Positions 57,904-64,000 of a stretch of 64,000 bases of DNA are shown here, in pieces. The notes under the pieces are model-generated. The model worked only from the letters and a program-made list of their open reading frames with translations, did not search any database and had not been told where the DNA came from. Numbering within the stretch: the first letter of the stretch is position 1; each line of letters starts with the position of its first letter. Source of the DNA: an uncultured Planctomycetales bacterium (GTDB lineage Bacteria > Omnitrophota > Gorgyraeia > Gygaellales > Profunditerraquicolaceae); the NCBI GenBank assembly GCA_964488935.1, contig CAZAVF010000001.1, positions 753 through 64,752 on the forward strand, in the 5' to 3' direction. The position numbers and the translations under genes were made by a program.

Positions 57904-58641
57904 TCAATATTTATAATAATTGGCCGGGACCGCCTGAACTATGTATCTCACTGCCTCGACCATGCAGCTCCTTATGGCCTTTTCCATCGGGGTATCCGAA
58001 TATCGCGAAAGCACCCCTCCCAGTATCCAGCCTCCCGGCGGCCCTGAGGAAGACTTTATCGATACGTCCGAAGCCTGCCCCTGAACCTTGTTGGAAGCCA
58101 CCACCTCTGAATTGGCGGCGTTCACTATCCTTATTTCCAGGGCTACATGCGCTTTATTGACCGCTGCGCCGAGCAGCCCGCCCAGAACACCGCTGGATAC
58201 GCCGCCTCCCCCGCCCAACCCTTCCCTGCCGCCGGAGGCCTGCGGTTCAAATTCGTTGACGCTCACGGTTATTATCAGATCCGCGGACGGACGCTGTCCG
58301 TCTCCGGGTTCGGCATGTAAATCGCCGCTGGCGCCGCCCGTCCGGGTGTCCTGGACTGTAGACAGATCAAGCACCGCGAAACGGCCGCTGTTGGCAATAC
58401 CGCTTAACAGCATGTCACGCAAAGCCGCGCCAGTCTCCGCGTCGCTTTTTTCCGATTTCACTTCGAAAGCCGCGACGGCGATCCTCGCTTTCGGACCGGA
58501 ATAAGCCGGAAGGGGGATGATCCCTGCTTTACTTTCAGCCCTGCCGCCTTTTACGGAAAGACCCAGGCTCCGGCATCCGCCGAGTAATATGGCCAGGCTT
58601 GAAAAAAGAATGATCTTAACAAGAAATCTTCTCAAATTCAC
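57904..58641 (-). CDS. CsgG-family lipoprotein
   Basis: Lipobox LLGGC; CsgG-like core. No csgE/F or curlin genes nearby. Confidence 0.65.
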   Translation of the reverse strand: MNLRRFLVKIILFSSLAILLGGCRSLGLSVKGGRAESKAGIIPLPAYSGPKARIAVAAFEVKSEKSDAETGAALRDMLLSGIANSGRFAVLDLSTVQDTRTGGASGDLHAEPGDGQRPSADLIITVSVNEFEPQASGGREGLGGGGGVSSGVLGGLLGAAVNKAHVALEIRIVNAANSEVVASNKVQGQASDVSIKSSSGPPGGWILGGVLSRYSDTPMEKAIRSCMVEAVRYIVQAVPANYYKY

Positions 58642-58745
58642 CTCTGCGGGAACATTGGCGGACAGGATTTGGCGTTTTCTTCGTTTCCGGAGACTTTTCA
58701 GGCGGGCTCTTGCCTTAAAACCGGTCCGCAGGGGTTTATTCTATA

Positions 58746-59399
58746 TTATAACAACCGGCGGGTCAAGATTTTTTGAAGATCGCCCAGGCTGCGCACTATC
58801 TTCCAGGGAGAGAACGACTTTATCTCCTTCTTCTCCCCGGATCCGGTAAGCACGATTGCCGTCCGCACTCCGGCCCGCAGTCCGGTCAAGGCATCTATCC
58901 CCATATCTCCTACATACAGGGCGTTGCCGCGTTTTACGCCGAGCTTGCGCAGGATCATGCGCAGGATCAGGGGATCCGGCTTGCCTTTCTTCAATTTATC
59001 CGCGCAAAGCACATAAAGGAAATACTTTTCAAGGGACAGATGTTTAAGCAATATACCGGAAAAATACGATGGCCGGTTGCTGGCCACGGCCATTAATACG
59101 CCTCGTTTATCCAGCTCTCTCATCAGCGCCGCCGCACCGGGGAGCAGGCGCGATTTCCTGCGCAAAGCCCCGGCATGGTGCTTTCTGTATACGCCCAGCG
59201 CTTTCTTCAGGCTTCCCGCCGGGACGAACGGGCGCAGCAGGCCGGCGTCCCCCCATCCAACGGCTCTGCGGATGACCGCCGCAGGCTTAAGCGGCAGCCC
59301 CAGGATCCGCATCACATAATTGAAACTCTCCGTTATGGCGGGATAAGCATCGGCCAGCGTACCGTCCAGATCGAATATAACAAGTTTTATCTTTTCCAT
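58746..59399 (-). CDS. HAD superfamily hydrolase (phosphoglycolate phosphatase-like)
   Basis: FDLDGTL motif I, S/T motif II, K...GDxxxD motif III. Start re-set to MEKIKLV. Confidence 0.75.
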   Translation of the reverse strand: MEKIKLVIFDLDGTLADAYPAITESFNYVMRILGLPLKPAAVIRRAVGWGDAGLLRPFVPAGSLKKALGVYRKHHAGALRRKSRLLPGAAALMRELDKRGVLMAVASNRPSYFSGILLKHLSLEKYFLYVLCADKLKKGKPDPLILRMILRKLGVKRGNALYVGDMGIDALTGLRAGVRTAIVLTGSGEKKEIKSFSPWKIVRSLGDLQKILTRRLL

Positions 59400-59531
59400 T
59401 ATTGTCCGGGCGCGCCGCGGAATAAACGGACGCGTATTCATTCAGGAAAAAAGGCAGGCTTTTCGCCTGCCTTTTCCGATATTTGGAGATCCGCGCTTAT
59501 CCTGAACTGGAGAATGGCGGTCGGCCCGGGA

Positions 59532-60002
59532 TCAATCGCCGCTCTGGGCCGGGGTCTCCGCCTGTGTTTCGCCGGCGGACGGCGGTTCCTGGGGGTCTTC
59601 CGCCGGGGCATTCTGGACGTCTTCCAGTTTCTCCACGCTGATATTGACGGCGCTATTCTTTCCGCCGGTATCCGAAATATAATCAACGCTCACTATGTCC
59701 TGCGTCTTGAGCTCGGAAATATCTTTTATATTCTCGTAGGCGGTCTTCTCGTTGACGAACAGGCTTATCTCTTTTTCATTGTCCGTCTCATAATCGAGAT
59801 ATTTTACGGAGATCTGTTTCTTGGGCGCGTCTACGGAGACGACCTCCCCCCAAAGCCACTGGACTTCCTTTACCCCGCTGTCCGCCATGGCCTGCTCTTC
59901 TATAGTCTTACTGTCCTGGCTCAAGTCCCCGGCCAGGCCCGTTCCGCCGGAAAGAAAGAACACCGCCGCAACCGTCATGAATAACACTCCGAAGATATTC
60001 AT
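59532..60002 (-). CDS. Small secreted hypothetical protein
   Basis: Signal peptide, acidic Pro/Glu-rich C-terminus. Confidence 0.4.
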   Translation of the reverse strand: MNIFGVLFMTVAAVFFLSGGTGLAGDLSQDSKTIEEQAMADSGVKEVQWLWGEVVSVDAPKKQISVKYLDYETDNEKEISLFVNEKTAYENIKDISELKTQDIVSVDYISDTGGKNSAVNISVEKLEDVQNAPAEDPQEPPSAGETQAETPAQSGD

Positions 60003-60108
60003 CCTGACTCCTCCTTTGCCTCCGGCCGGCTCTTAAAGAGACGCCTCCGTAAGGCAACAATTTAACATACGCCCGGGTCTTTGTCAAGACGGGCGGGTTG
60101 ACAGCGCG

Positions 60109-60684
60109 TCAGCGCACAATCTCCTTTACCCTTGGAGCCGCGGCTATATAAACACAGGCCGCCAGCAGGGCTTTCAGGGCGTCGCCCGGGACGAAAGCCC
60201 AGAAACCGCAAAGCATCGCCTGCGTCCCGCCGTAACCGCAGACCGTCTTCAGCCAGAGCGTCCCGCAGGACAAGATCAAAAGGTCCGCCAGCAGGAAAAC
60301 AGCGGCCGCGCGGATAACGCTTTTATCGATCGCCATGGAACGGGAAAGCGAGGGGACGACGAACTGCGCGGCAATAAAACCCACCAGGTATCCTCCGGTG
60401 ATACCCTGGAAATACGACAAACCCGCTCCGCTGCCGGTAAAAACCCCGAGTCCGGCGGTCCCGGCGCATACATACAGAACCTGCGAGGCCATGCCCATTC
60501 GCGCCCCCAGCAGGGCTGCCGACAAAAGGACAAAGAACGTCTGCAGGGTCAACGGAACGGGAGTAAAAGGCAGCTGGATACGCACATGCGCCCCAAGGGT
60601 AATGGCCGCCGCGAAAGAAACGATAAGAATTATCCTTGATAATACCTTGTTTAAAACAATATCCCTTTTCAATATAGCTTCCAT
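60109..60684 (-). CDS. bioY: Biotin transporter BioY
   Basis: BioY family 6-TM with characteristic G-rich helices. Confidence 0.8.
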   Translation of the reverse strand: MEAILKRDIVLNKVLSRIILIVSFAAAITLGAHVRIQLPFTPVPLTLQTFFVLLSAALLGARMGMASQVLYVCAGTAGLGVFTGSGAGLSYFQGITGGYLVGFIAAQFVVPSLSRSMAIDKSVIRAAAVFLLADLLILSCGTLWLKTVCGYGGTQAMLCGFWAFVPGDALKALLAACVYIAAAPRVKEIVR

Positions 60685-60834
60685 ACCGTCATCTCCCTGT
60701 TCCTGGCATTGTTACCGGAAACCGCGCCTGTTGCGCGTGACCCGCATTACACCGTTCTACAGGATATAACGCGGGACTGCCGCGCATAAGCCGGGAACCC
60801 GCGCCGTGCGGATCCCGGCTCATGCCCGGACCGG

Positions 60835-61047
60835 TCATTCTCTTGCGATGGCAAGCGTGATAATACCGGCGAGGATCAGGAACAAGCCTATGCATCCCAT
60901 GAACACTATCTTCAGGCTCTCAAACCAGCCGATCACCGCCCATGCCCCGAGACCGAGAAAAACCAGACCCAGGACGAATTTGAACGCCGCGGCCAGCGTC
61001 TTTTTGCAACCGCAACTTTTCTCATCTTTCTTCGTCTCTTCCGCCAT
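60835..61047 (-). CDS. Small 2-TM membrane protein (hypothetical)
   Basis: 70 aa with two hydrophobic helices. Coding status uncertain. Confidence 0.3.
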   Translation of the reverse strand: MAEETKKDEKSCGCKKTLAAAFKFVLGLVFLGLGAWAVIGWFESLKIVFMGCIGLFLILAGIITLAIARE

Positions 61048-61145
61048 ACCTCCCCCTTTCGCTGTATAATACTCTTCCCCGCCGGTTCAAGCGGAGAATT
61101 CCTTCTTAAGATCTACTTGAACCGAAGACCGGCCGCTTCCCGCCT

Positions 61146-62063
61146 TCATTCCGCCGCTTCTCCGGCCGGCCGCGCCTTCCATCGCTTATGCATCCACCCC
61201 CATTCAGAAGGATACTTTCTGATATAAACCTCTATAACGGACGTGATCATCTGGACGCTCTCCTGGATGGAATCCTGCCCTTGCGGTAATTCCATCTGCG
61301 GTTCGAAAGTTATCCGGTGCGTATCATCAGGCTGTCTGATGATAAAACAGGGGACGACGGCCGATCCGGTGCGCTGCGCCAGCACGACCGGCCCGGTGGC
61401 GGTGGCGGCTTTTCTGCCGAAGAAATCTACGAACACGCCTGCCGTGCCGAAATTCTGGTCCATCGGAATGAACACCATTTCATTGTTGCGCAGGGCGCGC
61501 AGGGTCTCCGCTACGCATGCCTGCCTCGGCTGGCTGTAGATCATCCTCATCCCGAACTTGCTGCGCTTGCGGATAAGAAGCCTTTCCACGCGGATATCCC
61601 TCATCCTGCGCATAATGACCCCTATTTTGTAGCCGTCGATGTCCAGTTTCGAGATCAAAAGAGGGAAATTGCCGAAGTGCGCGCTTACCAGTATCACCCC
61701 TCTGCCTGCGGCAAGGGCCCTGTCCAGGTGCTCTCTGCCTTCTATTTCCACCCGCCCGGCCATATACGAGTGGTCGACAACCAGCTTGAGGATCTCCGCC
61801 CCGGATTTGGCTATGGAGATAAAACAGTCCCGGCATATGCTTCTGAGTTCCCCGTCATCTTTCTCTTTACCGAAGGCTGTGCGCAGGCTGTCCATTGCCA
61901 CCCTGCGGTGTTTCACCGCTATAATATACAAGACGCGGCCGAGAACGGCGGAGAACCCGTATAAAAAACAACCGGGCAGTACTCTTATTATTGAAGAACA
62001 AGTTACAAGCGCCGCCCAGGCGAAGAAACGCGACGCTTCTTTGGACATTTTCTTAAATTGCAT
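61146..62063 (-). CDS. Lipid A biosynthesis (Kdo2-lipid IVA) acyltransferase, LpxL/HtrB family
   Basis: N-terminal TM, lysophospholipid-acyltransferase fold similarity across length. Confidence 0.6.
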   Translation of the reverse strand: MQFKKMSKEASRFFAWAALVTCSSIIRVLPGCFLYGFSAVLGRVLYIIAVKHRRVAMDSLRTAFGKEKDDGELRSICRDCFISIAKSGAEILKLVVDHSYMAGRVEIEGREHLDRALAAGRGVILVSAHFGNFPLLISKLDIDGYKIGVIMRRMRDIRVERLLIRKRSKFGMRMIYSQPRQACVAETLRALRNNEMVFIPMDQNFGTAGVFVDFFGRKAATATGPVVLAQRTGSAVVPCFIIRQPDDTHRITFEPQMELPQGQDSIQESVQMITSVIEVYIRKYPSEWGWMHKRWKARPAGEAAE

Positions 62064-62179
62064 TCAACCGCCTTTACTCCCCTGTGGGATCAGCAGCATC
62101 TTCCGGTATGGCCCCGTATCCGCCGTATTATAGCAAAAAAACCCGTCAATTCAAGAGCAAAGCCGGACGCGGCGGGCGG

Positions 62180-62665
62180 CTACAGTTTGTAGCCTATCTT
62201 GCGCAGCAGACCGTGTCTCCAGGCAATGTCCTCCGCCGACTCCACGCCTTTCGGCTTGGCGCCGTCTATCACCCCCAGGATACCGCATCCGTTCTCCGTT
62301 TCAGCCACTATGACCTCAACGGGATTGGCGGTTGCGCAATATATGCAGCAGACCTCCTGGACCGCCTTTACGGCATTCAACACGTTTATAGGGAAAGCGT
62401 TGCGTATGCAGATCATAAAAGAATGTCCCGCGCCTATGGAAGCCGCATTCTCCGCCGCCGTCACCTTCAACTCCGCGTCATTGCCTTCGACGCGTATTTT
62501 GCACGCCCCAGAGGATTCCGTAAAAGCCAGTCCGAATTTTATACCGGGGACAGAACCCGCCATGACCTCGTAAAGATCCTCAACCGTTTTGATAAAATGG
62601 CTCTGCCCGAGTATAATATTGACATCGTCCGGTTTGGCGATCTTCACGCTCCTGAATTCAAGCAT
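62180..62665 (-). CDS. Adenosine-specific-kinase-like protein (PF04008-like)
   Basis: About 160 aa with family-typical N-terminus MLEF...KPDDVNIILGQSHFIKTVED. Assignment from memory only. Confidence 0.45.
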   Translation of the reverse strand: MLEFRSVKIAKPDDVNIILGQSHFIKTVEDLYEVMAGSVPGIKFGLAFTESSGACKIRVEGNDAELKVTAAENAASIGAGHSFMICIRNAFPINVLNAVKAVQEVCCIYCATANPVEVIVAETENGCGILGVIDGAKPKGVESAEDIAWRHGLLRKIGYKL

Positions 62666-62787
62666 TCTTCCCTCCCGCGTTCTTTAAATTTGTCCGGCGC
62701 GGATAAGACCGCATTCCGTTCCCGTGACCCGGGTTTCTTTACCGGGACTGCCGGACCGGGCAGGCCGGAAATCTGTCCCGCGGAGTA

Positions 62788-64000
62788 TCATTTGTTCACC
62801 CTGATACGGCGGAACCCGGCCGCGCCTCTCGGCTGCATCCTGTCGTAAGTCCTGATGGAAACCAGCATCAGGTCAGGGTCGCCGAGAAGATGCAGCGGTA
62901 TCCCCACCGTTACCTGCCCCTTGCTCAACTTTACGGAAACGCCGCCGGAAGGAACGGGCCTCCCCTTGTCGAACATCTTGAAGACATTGTGACGGCTGAT
63001 GAACATGATCTTCGGCATGGCGGCGAATTCCACGCCTTTCTTATAGCCGAATATGTAAGCGGTGAACACGAATCTCTTTTCCAGTTCACTGTTCTTCCCG
63101 ACGGTTATATAAAACATCCCCCCGGATACGGAATAGCTGACCTCACCGGCCTCGTTGGGGCCGGGAGGATCGTATTCCTCGTCGGGGGTCTCCCTGGAGA
63201 AAGGGAATATCCTTCCTTTCCCTACGCTGCCCAGCGTAATATCAGGATAATCGCCGAACAGTTCGTTGCCGCGGGCGAAGGATAAAAGATAAAAAGCGCT
63301 GGAGCTGGTCTGGCTCCTGTAACAGAGGACCGCCCCGTGTTTCTTCTCGAGATCGGTACCGTTAAGCCAATGCACCCTCCAGTCCAGGGCAAGGCCCGAG
63401 AACTGCTCCGGCGGCAGAAGAGGAAGCTCCGGGTGATAATGCCTCGGCAGGGGCCAGCCCGGACAATGCACCAGATAAGGGAATACCTGCGGCCTGCCGA
63501 TCTCCCGCTCAAGATCGGCAAGCGCCACGCAGAGGAACAGATAATACGCCTTATGGTCCACGTTCACGTCTCCGGAATGAGAAACGAATATCTTCGTCGG
63601 CCTGTAATCCAGCAGTACTTTTTTCAGGTCGGCAAGGATGTTCTCCCCGGTATAGGCGGAACCATAACTGAAATTCTCTTTGTAAGGGACAGCCGATATC
63701 CTGGTAAGAATGCTTTTATACGGTTTTCTGCTCTTCCAGTATTTGCAGAATATCGAGAAAGTGCCGAAATCCGGGTAACCCAGGAACACGAGATCTTCGT
63801 CCGGCACACCCAGTGATTCCATGGCTTTGGTCGCTTCTTTCCTGCGCACCTCGCCCATCTGTATGAACTCCCCGGTGCGCAGCACCGGCCTTTTCTTGTA
63901 GACAAGGAAAGCCAACTGGTTGTGGTCCCCGTTCGTCAGGTAAACCACTTTTAAAGAGGCCCCGCGGCGCAAGGTTTCCTGTATAACTCCCGCGCAGGCT
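62788..64000 (-). CDS. PIG-L/LmbE family deacetylase, 5' end beyond window
   Basis: LGYPDFG motif. Reading frame stays open upstream of the TTG at 63972 to the window edge. Confidence 0.55.
   Translation of the reverse strand, partial: ACAGVIQETLRRGASLKVVYLTNGDHNQLAFLVYKKRPVLRTGEFIQMGEVRRKEATKAMESLGVPDEDLVFLGYPDFGTFSIFCKYWKSRKPYKSILTRISAVPYKENFSYGSAYTGENILADLKKVLLDYRPTKIFVSHSGDVNVDHKAYYLFLCVALADLEREIGRPQVFPYLVHCPGWPLPRHYHPELPLLPPEQFSGLALDWRVHWLNGTDLEKKHGAVLCYRSQTSSSAFYLLSFARGNELFGDYPDITLGSVGKGRIFPFSRETPDEEYDPPGPNEAGEVSYSVSGGMFYITVGKNSELEKRFVFTAYIFGYKKGVEFAAMPKIMFISRHNVFKMFDKGRPVPSGGVSVKLSKGQVTVGIPLHLLGDPDLMLVSIRTYDRMQPRGAAGFRRIRVNK

Noticed and set aside
61048-61145. Inverted repeat CGGTTCAAG...CTTGAACCG downstream of lpxL-family gene
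   Set aside because: 9-bp stem with a 24-nt loop and no U-tract, so it is not a convincing intrinsic terminator. No second copy seen.
1-64000. CRISPR arrays, transposases, integrases, prophage genes
   Set aside because: Looked for direct-repeat/spacer periodicity and IS or integrase ORFs on both strands and found none. The only compositional anomaly is the AT-rich ftsH-like island, which lacks flanking mobile genes.

Overview
The window is a 64 kb high-GC chromosomal segment from what looks like a strictly anaerobic bacterium, judged from the gene content: Rnf complex, flavodiiron protein, rubredoxin, superoxide reductase, class II (B12) ribonucleotide reductase and a COG1900/NIL-ferredoxin homocysteine module. 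About 64 of 66 genes are on the minus strand. Many long plus-strand ORFs in the track are antisense shadow ORFs of real minus-strand genes.

Content in order:
- Housekeeping genes (aminotransferase, Lrp, nadE, queG, mnmG, nrdJ).
- A roughly 13 kb carbohydrate-utilisation locus: LacI and ROK regulators, two paralogous clan GH-A glycoside hydrolases, a secreted protein made of a tandem-duplicated CBM-like domain, and a three-component sugar ABC transporter.
- Two tandem PilZ-domain genes.
- An AT-rich island carrying the only plus-strand genes: an FtsH-like AAA+/M41 protease translationally coupled to a lipoprotein.
- purN, then a complete rnf operon in the unusual order C-G-D-E-A-B.
- An MFS transporter and tRNA-Thr(CGU).
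- Cell-envelope and tRNA-modification genes (uppP, rluA, nadA, mnmA, birA).
- A sulfur amino-acid cluster: Rrf2 regulator, cysK, NifU-like, COG1900 and NIL-ferredoxin.
- A redox/oxygen-detoxification cluster: trxB, glutaredoxin, PNPOx-like, rubredoxin, flavodiiron protein, superoxide reductase, FNR-like, ldh.
- SufBD/SufC, a Ca-type P-type ATPase, an AmmeMemoRadiSam-type radical SAM enzyme lacking its usual partners next to a THUMP-less ThiI-like PP-loop enzyme and a TrpB-like PLP enzyme, a CsgG-like lipoprotein, bioY, an lpxL-family acyltransferase and a PIG-L deacetylase (partial).

The most novel signal is a roughly 200-nt, hairpin-rich sequence element present twice in the same orientation. 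Each copy ends exactly at an in-frame ATG (of the MFS gene in one case, 33 nt upstream of the SD-preceded rubredoxin start in the other). It looks like an undescribed structured cis-regulatory leader RNA family.

No CRISPR array, transposase or integrase was seen. Start coordinates I re-derived myself may be off by about 1 nt.
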